Shown here in pieces: positions 40,526 through 49,983 of a stretch of DNA of 64,000 nt. The stretch comes from Candidatus Hermodarchaeota archaeon (GTDB taxonomy: Archaea; Asgardarchaeota; Lokiarchaeia; Sigyniarchaeales; SOKP01). The stretch spans positions 1 through 64,000 of the forward strand of contig JBHLLP010000005.1 in the NCBI GenBank assembly GCA_048885525.1. The letters are read 5' to 3'. The notes beneath the pieces are model-generated. The model was not told the DNA's origin. It did not search any database and saw only the letters and a list, made by a program, of their open reading frames with translations. The translations under genes and the position numbers were made by a program. Numbering within the stretch: position 1 is the stretch's first letter; each line of letters starts with the position of its first letter.

Positions 40526-41227
40526 CTATTTTTTATTGATAAATTTTTTTAACTCCATTTCTTCAAATAGAATTTTAACCGGTATACCCGCGTGAAACCA
40601 ATAAATGTATTTTTCTTGATTAGGGTTTTCCTTTTGTTCCTTGATACACTGTTCTTCAAATTCTATAATAAATTTATAAAGTAGTTTCTGCAATCTCTTC
40701 CATTGATTCTCAGTAAAAAAGAACCTGCCCCCAAAAAAATGACTAATATCGAGTTTTGTGTAATTTACCGTTTTATAAATTTCTTTATAAATTTCTACTA
40801 TATCGTCAGAATCAGTTTCTTCTAGATATTCACAGAATTTAATACATTTATCTAAAATTCTTCTATTATACAATACTGAAGATTTTGTTGATTTAGCAAT
40901 TTTTTGAACCAGTTCTTTATTAAACCCATGTGAAAGATCATAAGCAGCTATTAAGGTTATTTCATCAGCATCAGGAGTTAGAGAATAATAATGGGCTTCT
41001 ATATTAGCCCGAACATGTTCTTTTTTAGAAATTTCAACAATTCCAAGCTCGATCAATTTTTGCAAATGAGGATGTATTGTAGATTTTGACTTTCCTAATT
41101 TTTTCGCTAGTTCAGTAAAACTTAATTCAGGATATACGTTTAATAGACCCCATATTCTAAATCGTATTCCTGTTAAATCTGAAATATCTATTGTTGATTT
41201 TATTTCATTCTCTTCCAAATCACCCAC
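40526..41227 (-). CDS. ArsR-like winged-helix transcription regulator
   Basis: ELSFTELAKKLGKSKSTIHPHLQKLIELGIV. Confidence 0.87.
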   Translation of the reverse strand: MGDLEENEIKSTIDISDLTGIRFRIWGLLNVYPELSFTELAKKLGKSKSTIHPHLQKLIELGIVEISKKEHVRANIEAHYYSLTPDADEITLIAAYDLSHGFNKELVQKIAKSTKSSVLYNRRILDKCIKFCEYLEETDSDDIVEIYKEIYKTVNYTKLDISHFFGGRFFFTENQWKRLQKLLYKFIIEFEEQCIKEQKENPNQEKYIYWFHAGIPVKILFEEMELKKFINKK

Positions 41228-41486
41228 CTTTAAGACAATTTAATGAATCTTAAAAAACAAGTTTTTTCTATTAATTACTTCACTTTATATCTCTTCTTTA
41301 TTTGTTTTAATAGAATCAATTCAAGTTTATAAGTATTATTAATAATACGAATAATAAATAATCGAATATATAAATAATCTTATTATTTTAATATTATATT
41401 GTCGGATTATGTCGAATCGATTCATACAAATTCATGTTTTTATTATAAATTTATAAAGTGTTTTTTAAAAATTTTGATTTCTATTA

Positions 41487-41517
41487 TTCGAAGTATATCG
41501 AAATATTTAAATATGAA
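41487..41517 (+). promoter_or_regulatory. Palindromic operator plus TATA core (module 2)
   Basis: TTCGA-AGTATA-TCGAA (41487-41502), a 2-nt gap, then ATTTAAATATGAA (41505-41517). A related site GTCGG-ATTATG-TCGAA lies at 41401-41416. Confidence 0.6.
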
Positions 41518-41692
41518 TGTGATCTAATTTATTAATAAAGCCGAATAATGAAAGGTTCACTATTCTTTAGTATATAATGGTCTTATAAAAGTATACTAAG
41601 ATTGGGCGAATCGATTCGGAGAATCTAACAAAAATCAAATAACGAAATCTAACGCCAAATTAAAAATAAAAAAAAAGAGTCTATAACAAAAA

Positions 41693-42097
41693 ATGACTGA
41701 AATTAAAAAACTTACAAAAATTTCACTTTTAGCAGTTGGTATCGTTAATATCTTATATGGGCCTATGTTATTATTTCTTCCTAATCTTTTTATAAACCTA
41801 GGTGTTATAACTCCTACGACAAATCCTTATATTCTGAGATTTGGTGGTGCAACTTTATTAGGAATGGCAATTTTCGCATTTGTAATTTTAATCAAAAAGG
41901 ATTGGGAATGGGAAAAGGTAAAATTGGCATATGCATTTCTATATTATCTGTTAATTGCGAACATAATCCTGGAACCTACAAAGCTAGTATTTTCAATACC
42001 CACTAATATGATGATTTCTCAGACGATCATGGATTTAATCATAATGTCTGTACTTCTTGTTCTTGGTGTTTACTCTTACATCAAACAGAGAGAATAA
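41693..42097 (+). CDS. 4-TM membrane protein (paralog of 40056-40445)
   Basis: Starts MTEIKKLTKI and contains WEWEKVKLAY and ISQTIMDLIIMS. Confidence 0.85.
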   Translation: MTEIKKLTKISLLAVGIVNILYGPMLLFLPNLFINLGVITPTTNPYILRFGGATLLGMAIFAFVILIKKDWEWEKVKLAYAFLYYLLIANIILEPTKLVFSIPTNMMISQTIMDLIIMSVLLVLGVYSYIKQRE

Positions 42098-42154
42098 ATA
42101 GAAAAATTAAAAATATAATTAATTAAAAATGATAAATCAAATCAAAAAGAAGAG

Positions 42155-42664
42155 TTGAGCAAAATTAATAGATCTAAATTAATACCGAAAGTATTAGTAG
42201 GTTTAGTTGTTTTAGCAACAATCTTGGGCTTAACAACAGCAGCTAGAGCAGGTGTCCCTCCATTCATATGGGTTTACATGTCAGAATACAATCAGATTAG
42301 CAGTTTAGAAGGCGATGTAGAAGCTCCTCATGATGAGCCATGTTTATGGGGAGTTATGTCTGCTTGTAGTGAAGATGAAATAGGATACTTTCCTCAACAT
42401 CCCTATGATCATAAATTGTTTATTGATGGAGAAAAAATAGCTTTACTCAGGTTTGTGTGGATTGATAGGGATGGGTTGTTTGGATATCCAGACCTTAAAT
42501 GGTGGGTTTATTATCAAGTTTTTGAAGCAGGTTATTTTGATGTAGGTTTGCATGAAATTAAGCATGAAATGTGGGTTCAAAAACCTTATTTTGGAAGCGA
42601 AATGTATGGATGGAGAATCTTTATAACTCTGACTTACACTTTAAATATTACTGAAAACGTATAA
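42155..42664 (+). CDS. Secreted hypothetical protein
   Basis: Signal peptide ending TAARA-G. Confidence 0.75.
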   Translation: MSKINRSKLIPKVLVGLVVLATILGLTTAARAGVPPFIWVYMSEYNQISSLEGDVEAPHDEPCLWGVMSACSEDEIGYFPQHPYDHKLFIDGEKIALLRFVWIDRDGLFGYPDLKWWVYYQVFEAGYFDVGLHEIKHEMWVQKPYFGSEMYGWRIFITLTYTLNITENV

Positions 42665-42711
42665 GAAATAATAATGAGGGTGAAGAAGGGCAATTTTAAT
42701 TTTAAATCAGG

Positions 42712-42803
42712 ATATAGAAAATGGAGGAGTTGGGTTAGATAAAATACTTCCTAATAAAGCTACTACTAAACCAACAATCCTCCATTCTATATTTCTTTTT
42801 TTT
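42712..42803 (+). other. Long imperfect intergenic hairpin followed by a T-tract
   Basis: ATATAGAAAATGGAGGAGTTGGGTTAG (42712-38) pairs with CTAAACCAACAATCCTCCATTCTATAT (42766-92). Confidence 0.6.
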
Positions 42804-42900
42804 ATATTTAAAGTTTGATATGTAATCCGAGAAAAAAATACATAAAAAAATTAATTTTCTAAAATTAAAAAAAGGGAAAAAATTTATGGAATAAAAAGTA

Positions 42901-43419
42901 ATGAAGGGAGAAATTGATAAAAAGTTTGATGAAGCACTTAAACAATTTGAAGAGATATTTCCTAAACTAGATCCTACTGAAGGTGGCTGTGCGGAAGGCA
43001 CAATGACAGGTATTTTAAATATACTAGGAATCCAAGATGGATTAATCAATAACATAATGATTCCTTTATCTGGTGGACTAGGTGGTTATAAGTCTGAAAA
43101 AGACTGGTATGGCCCATGTGGGGCGGTAGTTGGAGGGTGTGCTGCAATAGGAGCAATTTTAGGAGGAAAAGGAAGAGAAAAGATGTCTAATGATTTAATT
43201 CCTGTTGCTTATATGAAATCGGCACAATTTGCGAAAGAATTTGAGAAGGAATTTGGTTCAGTAATTTGCCCAAATTTATCTGGATATGATTTCAGTGAGC
43301 CAAATGCATTGACGAAATACATCGAAGATGGTACATGGGGAAAAAAGTGTTATAAGTACGTTCTATGGGCGATCGACAACATAAGAAAATTAATGCAGGA
43401 AGAATTAGTAAAATTTTAA
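42901..43419 (+). CDS. C_GCAxxG_C_C family putative redox protein
   Basis: GGCAEG..GGLGG..CGAVVGG..FGSVIC..C. Confidence 0.85.
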   Translation: MKGEIDKKFDEALKQFEEIFPKLDPTEGGCAEGTMTGILNILGIQDGLINNIMIPLSGGLGGYKSEKDWYGPCGAVVGGCAAIGAILGGKGREKMSNDLIPVAYMKSAQFAKEFEKEFGSVICPNLSGYDFSEPNALTKYIEDGTWGKKCYKYVLWAIDNIRKLMQEELVKF

Positions 43420-43605
43420 TAATAAATACTAATTTTTTTTTTTAATTTCTTGAATATTTTTAGTAATTTGGTAAATCTACTTAAGATATTTAATTATCAA
43501 GGAATTAAGAATTAGAAATCAAATTTTAATAAGAATTAAAAATTGAAATCGCTTAGATTTATATTTTTAAAATTTCTAAGATCATTATAACTTATATTAA
43601 TTTAT

Positions 43606-45273
43606 GTGGTATTAATGACAGAAGAAGGTTCACTAGAAGAAAAACCAGTAGGTAGATTAACTGGAAAAACGACAACACATACAGTAACAGCGGTGTTTGA
43701 GGTTCCTTCAGTTGAAAGAAATAATTATTTAGTGGTTTATGGGGAAAAAGATAAAGAAGGAAGAAGATTATATTATGTGCTCTACATTATTGAAATGTGG
43801 ACCGATGAGAAGGGGCGTCAAGCAAAATTAGGAGTCCTGGGAGAAAGACCGACAAAACCTTTTGAAATTGGAGCAGATATCTTCATGGCAAAACAAGAAC
43901 AAATTTCAAAAATTTTAGGAATCTTCAACCCACCAGGCGAATCCCTCTCATTAGGAAAACTTATAGGTTATCCATATGAAGTGTATCTATTAATTAAAAA
44001 TTTTGGCAGAATTTTCATTACTGGAAAATCTGGTTCCGGTAAATCTTATACTATGGGAGTTTTATGCGAGGAATTTCTTAAAAAGGGTATTCCTGTTGTC
44101 ATTTTAGACAGACATGGGGAATATGGAAGTCTTAAGGTAGCTGGTGAGGATTTACCGGAAGGAGAGAGTGAATTTGTCGATAAGATAGTAGAATTTTCTG
44201 ATTTGAAGAAGAATAAGGGTGGTGATGTCGATATTGAATATTTATTTTCATTAAAACCCTTGGATATTGTTGCTCCAAATTTATGTACTGTTGTAAATCT
44301 AAATGGTCTGGCTTTAGAAGTTCAGGAAGCTATAGCAGGTAAATTACTAAAAAAATTATATGATGCAAGTACAACAAGAAGTATACCTCCTTTCTACTTG
44401 TTTTTAGATGAGGCTCATTTATTTGCTGGAAAGAAACAAACAGAAACATGTGAAGTAGTTAAATTATTTGCACAGGAAGGTAGAAAATTTGGTGCTAATA
44501 TTGTTATAGGCACACAACGTCCTCAATTATTAGATACTACCATCAGAGCTCAAGCTGGTACTTGGGTAGTTCATAATTTATCAGATATAAGAGATATCGG
44601 AATTACAATTTCAAGTGCGGAAGATTTAAGTAATGAAAATAAATCAGATATTTCAGGGTTAGATAAAGGACAGGCAATAGTCTGTGGAGAAGCTGTTAAA
44701 GGGATTCCTTTATTTGTTAAAATAAGATCACGACGAACCAAGCATGGTGGAGTTAGTTTTAATCCTTTAGATTTTCTTTCAGAAAGCACTGTAGAAGAGT
44801 TACAAAAAAGAAAGGAGAGACTTTTAGGAGGGAAATCCGCTGATGAATTAGAAACTGGAAAGTCAATGTTTGAAGAAATGTTGGAACCAAAAAAAGCAGC
44901 CGATTATTTGGATGAAATTGCTGCGTTAAAAGTCAGAATTCAGGAATTGGAAGATGAAGTTAATCGATTAAAACAAAAAGTAGCTGATGTGAAAGAAGGA
45001 AAAGAAATTCCGCTTATTGCTACTGATGAAACTATAGAAGAATTACAAACCGAAATAAATGTATGGAAGGAGAAATATAACTTTTTAAAAGAAATGGCAG
45101 AAAAAGGTGGAGAAGATATGGTCCCCTTAGATGAAGGCAGCGAAATGGTATTAGATTTGAATAATAGAATAATAGAATTAGATGCTCAAGTTAAAAAATA
45201 TAAATCAAAGTATGATGATGCAATAATTTTAGCTGAAAAATCAATAGCTGAACTGAAAAAGCGAAAAAAGTAA
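43606..45273 (+). CDS. HerA-like (DUF87) ATPase with C-terminal coiled coil
   Basis: GKSGSGKS, DRHGEY, LDEAH and EGRKFG..TQRP, followed by a heptad-rich C-terminus. Confidence 0.88.
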   Translation: MVLMTEEGSLEEKPVGRLTGKTTTHTVTAVFEVPSVERNNYLVVYGEKDKEGRRLYYVLYIIEMWTDEKGRQAKLGVLGERPTKPFEIGADIFMAKQEQISKILGIFNPPGESLSLGKLIGYPYEVYLLIKNFGRIFITGKSGSGKSYTMGVLCEEFLKKGIPVVILDRHGEYGSLKVAGEDLPEGESEFVDKIVEFSDLKKNKGGDVDIEYLFSLKPLDIVAPNLCTVVNLNGLALEVQEAIAGKLLKKLYDASTTRSIPPFYLFLDEAHLFAGKKQTETCEVVKLFAQEGRKFGANIVIGTQRPQLLDTTIRAQAGTWVVHNLSDIRDIGITISSAEDLSNENKSDISGLDKGQAIVCGEAVKGIPLFVKIRSRRTKHGGVSFNPLDFLSESTVEELQKRKERLLGGKSADELETGKSMFEEMLEPKKAADYLDEIAALKVRIQELEDEVNRLKQKVADVKEGKEIPLIATDETIEELQTEINVWKEKYNFLKEMAEKGGEDMVPLDEGSEMVLDLNNRIIELDAQVKKYKSKYDDAIILAEKSIAELKKRKK

Positions 45274-45430
45274 TTTATTTTATAATCTTTTTTGTTAATT
45301 CTCGTAGATCATTTTCTCTAAGGAAATTGGTTATTTTAGTTAATTTTTTTTAATTTTCTTAAACTATTTATGTGAATTATTAATTGCATAATTATTATTA
45401 TAGTAGAATTTTACCAGGAGTAGTATTATA

Positions 45431-45598
45431 GTGAATATTGAAAGTATTAAAGAGTTACAACAAAAATTATCATCTTTACTTGGTGTATCTGTTCCATGTA
45501 GATATATCCACTCACCAAATTCCTTATTAAAACTTGAGGATATTTATAAGACTATTCAGCTGATTGAAGCTTTTATACGAAATCCTGCTAATGTATAA
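45431..45598 (+). pseudogene. Internally deleted M42 (TET-type) aminopeptidase relic, 55 aa
   Basis: Runs GTG to TAA after AGGAG: MNIESIKELQQKLSSLLGVS|VPCRYIHSPNSLLKLEDIYKTIQLIEAFIRNPANV. RYIHSP is the M42 C-terminal metal motif and the first part resembles the M42 N-terminal helix. Confidence 0.72.
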
Positions 45599-47056
45599 TT
45601 ATTCCTCAAAGAATAATTCTTCTTCTGAAATTTCAGGGCTTATAACTGGTTTATGGATAAATTTTTCATTCAGCTTAATTCTTTTGAGAAAAAATAAACT
45701 AAATAAGTAAAAAATTCCCATTGAAGCTAATGTAAGTGTAATAATTGTAGAATTTTCTGCATTATGCCCAGTAAGAATTAATCCTATTACGAAAGAAGCC
45801 AGCGATTGGCCCGCTGCCATAATGAAAGAGCTTAAACCGAAATAAGCTCCAGATATGTTTGACACAGCTTCATGAAAATCAGGTTTTTTAGCCCTATCAG
45901 CTGCTTCATAAACTAAAACGCTCGCTAAAGGAGGATTAAATAATCCTAATCCATACATAGAACCTAATATAGTACCCATAGTTAATATAAATAAAATAAT
46001 TTCAAATCCAGTAGATAACACTTTAATCAAGAAAAACAATTCTAAAAAACACGCAATAATCGAAGATAATATACAAACCATATATGTTTTAAGTATTGAA
46101 TTCTTTTTAAGCAGTCTTCGCCAGATATAGAAACCAATCATCTTACTTATTACCGAGACTACAACATAAATATAAAATTTACTTGCGGTAAACAGGAGTG
46201 TATAAGTGAGAAAAGGAATTACTATAATTCCTAATATTTTCCCGGATATACTGTTAAAAAGTATTACACTTAGATACTTTCTGTATTTTTTATCCCATAA
46301 TGGAGCTCGCATTTGGCTGACAAAAGACTTTAAGCTGGTTTTACTTCTACTTTTTTCTACTTTGGTAGTTTTATGAAAGCTTTCATCAACAGAAAAAAAG
46401 GTTATTATAATAGTGATTAAACCAAAAATTGTGAATGCAATTCCAATCCATGGCATAAATGTAAGAATTATTGTTCCAGAATATTCCCACCATTTTACAT
46501 TTTCTGGTTCTGGTAATAAGCTCTCTACCATTAAAGGAAGCATTAGTGCTAAAACTGATGCAATTATGTGAAAAAATGTAGTAACTGCCGCGATTTTTTC
46601 TCTATTTTTATGAGTTTGTGATTGTTCTGTCAACATGGAAAGATGGACAGTCATAATCGATGAACTACTGATAGATTTAATAATTAACGTACTCCACAGA
46701 AATATTGCTGTAGGCATAAATAAGGCATTATTTTGAGGGCATCTCGGAGGTAACCAAACGATAATACTAGTTAAAATCCATATTGGTAACCCATATAAAA
46801 GAAAAGGTTTACGTTTTCCAAGTTTAGTCGGTTTTTTATTGTCAGCGACTATTCCAAAAATGATAGAAGAAATTGCGGAGACTATGAGTTGTATGGAAAT
46901 CCCAACAGATGTCAGAATTGAATCCAGATTAATCGTATAAACATAAAATTGAAAGATAAATGTGCCTACAAACATATTGGACATAATCATGCCGAAGTTG
47001 CCTATGGCATATCCAATAAGTCGCTTTCCATGTAACTCACGTTGAACCTCAACCAT
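45599..47056 (-). CDS. MFS transporter, GPH (MelB-like) sugar:cation symporter family
   Basis: GYAIGNFG, GIVADNKKPTKLGKRKPF and about 12 TM segments. Confidence 0.88.
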   Translation of the reverse strand: MVEVQRELHGKRLIGYAIGNFGMIMSNMFVGTFIFQFYVYTINLDSILTSVGISIQLIVSAISSIIFGIVADNKKPTKLGKRKPFLLYGLPIWILTSIIVWLPPRCPQNNALFMPTAIFLWSTLIIKSISSSSIMTVHLSMLTEQSQTHKNREKIAAVTTFFHIIASVLALMLPLMVESLLPEPENVKWWEYSGTIILTFMPWIGIAFTIFGLITIIITFFSVDESFHKTTKVEKSRSKTSLKSFVSQMRAPLWDKKYRKYLSVILFNSISGKILGIIVIPFLTYTLLFTASKFYIYVVVSVISKMIGFYIWRRLLKKNSILKTYMVCILSSIIACFLELFFLIKVLSTGFEIILFILTMGTILGSMYGLGLFNPPLASVLVYEAADRAKKPDFHEAVSNISGAYFGLSSFIMAAGQSLASFVIGLILTGHNAENSTIITLTLASMGIFYLFSLFFLKRIKLNEKFIHKPVISPEISEEELFFEE

Positions 47057-47145
47057 GATATTATAATTAATATATAAAAGATTAAGTTTTCGATTTTAAA
47101 AGGAGAAGAGTCATATTTGTCAAGAAATAAGTTTAAAAAAATATT

Positions 47146-48027
47146 TTATTTATCTGTTTTTTCCTTTTTCCTCTTTTCAACTTTCTTTTGTTGTTCTACA
47201 ATTACATTACTAATAAATTGGGTAGTAGAATATGCCGATTCCGCTTCGCCGAGACTTAACCCTTCTAATTCTTCCATTTCAGCTTCATCCTCACTGAATC
47301 CCATTTCTTTCATGGCATATTCCTTAGCACTCATTTTATGTCTTTTAGTTCTTAATTCAGCTCTCTGTAAATAATAATGGCTGGTCATATGAAGAACAGT
47401 TCCATCACCATGATCAAATGTAATAACTATTGGAGGTTCACCATATTTTTCTTGCATTTCTTTACTTACGATTAAAAGTTTAACTCGAGTTTTATCTAAT
47501 ATTTGAATTGGATACGAAGAACTCTCTAACCACCAAATTGGATCAGCTTTTTCATCAAATAATCCTTCTAAAAACTTGTTGCTTTTGTCTAATACTTCTA
47601 CTTTAACACAATCATCTGCGGTTGGTCTCTGATTGTATTTTAAATAAAGGGGAAATATTTTTTCAAGAATATTTAGCAGAACCCAATCAGTAGTAAAGAG
47701 AAATCCTCCTTTCTTGACAAATTCTTTTATTTTTGTTAAAGCATCATCGTTTACATTTCCAGGACAATTAATAATTAAGATTTGATCTGATCTTAATTCA
47801 ATTTGACTCACTTCATGAGGTTGAATTAAAATATATGGAACTTTTATCAGATCTAATACCAACTCAATTTTATCATAAGACCCAGCAACTATTATTATTG
47901 ATGATTCTTTCACTTTTCTCAATATATCGAGATCCATTGGTCGTTCTTTTGCCATTCTTCTTTCTAATATCTTGGAGGAAGCTTTATAAGCTTGTTCCAT
48001 CTTTTTAAAATCTCCCATTTGAATCAC
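47146..48027 (-). CDS. Conserved hypothetical protein (class I glutamine-amidotransferase-like fold possible)
   Basis: IINCPG..IKEFVKKGGFLFTTDW..GDGTVLHMTSHYY. Confidence 0.6.
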   Translation of the reverse strand: MIQMGDFKKMEQAYKASSKILERRMAKERPMDLDILRKVKESSIIIVAGSYDKIELVLDLIKVPYILIQPHEVSQIELRSDQILIINCPGNVNDDALTKIKEFVKKGGFLFTTDWVLLNILEKIFPLYLKYNQRPTADDCVKVEVLDKSNKFLEGLFDEKADPIWWLESSSYPIQILDKTRVKLLIVSKEMQEKYGEPPIVITFDHGDGTVLHMTSHYYLQRAELRTKRHKMSAKEYAMKEMGFSEDEAEMEELEGLSLGEAESAYSTTQFISNVIVEQQKKVEKRKKEKTDK

Positions 48028-48179
48028 ATTTTAATATTTCTTTTAAAAAATTATGACAATTGATATCTTTAAACTTTTTCTAGATTTTATCTATACCAAA
48101 AAAATTAATAATTAATAAATTATAAAATCAAATAATTTAACCATTAAAATTTGGTACAAACAATTAGGATTTAACAAAA

Positions 48180-49877
48180 ATGAGCAAAATTGAAATATCT
48201 AAAAAGAGAATAATTCTACTGAGTCTTTTTTTAACTATTTTCGTGATAGGGACAGTTTTAATATTCGTAATACCCATAAGTGTCAAAGCAACTTATAATC
48301 AAACAGCTCAAACTACAGATGGAGTAACAATTTCATTCAATGTCTTTGAGCCTTCAACTAGCGGAATGAATAAACCAGCATTCATACTCGGGCATGGCTC
48401 TATGGCAAATAAAGAAATGATGAAGGGGTATGCTATAGAGCTGGCAGCAGCAGGTTTTGTAGCAATTCCATTTGATTTTAGAGGACATGGGCAAAGTACA
48501 TCAGGAAATACTAGTGCCATGTTTAATGATGTTATAGCAATCAAAGAATACCTTAATACTAGAGCTGATATTGATATGAATTCATTAGGATATATTGGAT
48601 ATAGTATGGGAGGATTAGGTCAAAGTGTAGTTCATGTTGACCCTTCATTCAAATGTTTTATTGGTGTAGGTACATGGTTATATCCCACCCTCCGAACAGG
48701 TAATTTAACTAACCCTTTAAATGTCCTTATGATCCAAGCGTTATTTGATGAGGCAATAGAGCTTGGTGAATTAAAAGAGAGCTTGGCAACTCGCGTTGGT
48801 ATTTCTGTTTCTGCTGTTGATGCAAATAAAATGTATGGATCTTTTGAACAAGAAAATGCATCGATGATTTATTTAGATGATGATAGTAATCATTTGAAAG
48901 TAGCTTGGGACCAAGATTTCATAAGAGAAGCAAGAAATTGGGCAATAAATGCATTTGATATTGATGTGTTAGATGAAAATTTTTATGTCAATATAAGAGC
49001 AATCATTTTGTTGATACAAGTAATTGGTGGCATAGGATTTTTCTTTTTAGTTGTTGAACCTTTTTCTAAATTGATACTTCTATCAAAAGAAGAGAGGGAA
49101 AGAGACGCAGAATTAGAAATTTATAAAATTGATATACCAGAAATTTCAATTAAAAAATTATCAATTAAAGTACTAATCTATTCATTATTACTTGGTATTC
49201 CCGGGATTATTATTTTTATCCCAATTTTATTAATCCTGCCGTTTGCTATTGCCGGATTTGTTGTTACTATCTTATTTGGTCAAACCTTCGGATTAATAAT
49301 TTTATTATGGAGGATTAGTAAACGTTTAGAATTATCATTTAAAGAAATATTAAAGAAACCATTTCAAGGAAGAACTAAATTTTTAAGACAATTAGCACTA
49401 GGAACGATCTTATCAATAATATTATTTTTAATTTCATATTCTTCAGTAGGTTTAAACTATTTTGGATTAGTTCCTGCAGTAATTAAAATTTGGGGATTAG
49501 CTATCTTTCTAGTTATTTGTTTTTTTATTAATGTCATCTATTCTCTCCTAATGCAAGTGATCATACAAAACAAATTTACTGATACACTTAAGGATACTTT
49601 GAAAATGGTATTTTTAGGTTTTATTTTCCCATTCTTATATTATTCTATATATCTGTTAATACTCAGTGGACTTACAAGAAGTCTTTTTTACTTTGGGAAT
49701 TTTATTCCTCTTTCTTTAATAATGTTTACATTAAATTCTTCTGTTTCAATAATAGCATATAAGAAAACAGGAAATATAGCAACAGGCGCTATAATATATG
49801 CTGTATTACTAACATTTCTAATTGTTACAGCATCTACTCCATCAACTGGTTTATCTTTTATATCAAGATTTTTCTAA
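48180..49877 (+). CDS. Membrane-anchored alpha/beta hydrolase
   Basis: GHG, FDFRGHGQS and nucleophile GYSMG, followed by a multi-TM C-terminus. Confidence 0.87.
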   Translation: MSKIEISKKRIILLSLFLTIFVIGTVLIFVIPISVKATYNQTAQTTDGVTISFNVFEPSTSGMNKPAFILGHGSMANKEMMKGYAIELAAAGFVAIPFDFRGHGQSTSGNTSAMFNDVIAIKEYLNTRADIDMNSLGYIGYSMGGLGQSVVHVDPSFKCFIGVGTWLYPTLRTGNLTNPLNVLMIQALFDEAIELGELKESLATRVGISVSAVDANKMYGSFEQENASMIYLDDDSNHLKVAWDQDFIREARNWAINAFDIDVLDENFYVNIRAIILLIQVIGGIGFFFLVVEPFSKLILLSKEERERDAELEIYKIDIPEISIKKLSIKVLIYSLLLGIPGIIIFIPILLILPFAIAGFVVTILFGQTFGLIILLWRISKRLELSFKEILKKPFQGRTKFLRQLALGTILSIILFLISYSSVGLNYFGLVPAVIKIWGLAIFLVICFFINVIYSLLMQVIIQNKFTDTLKDTLKMVFLGFIFPFLYYSIYLLILSGLTRSLFYFGNFIPLSLIMFTLNSSVSIIAYKKTGNIATGAIIYAVLLTFLIVTASTPSTGLSFISRFF

Positions 49878-49983
49878 AACTCTAAATATTCTTTTTTTTT
49901 TTAATTTTATAGAGTACAAAAACATTATTCAACCATATTATAATTAAAAATTTTAAATTGGAAATAATCTTATTTCTTCAATA

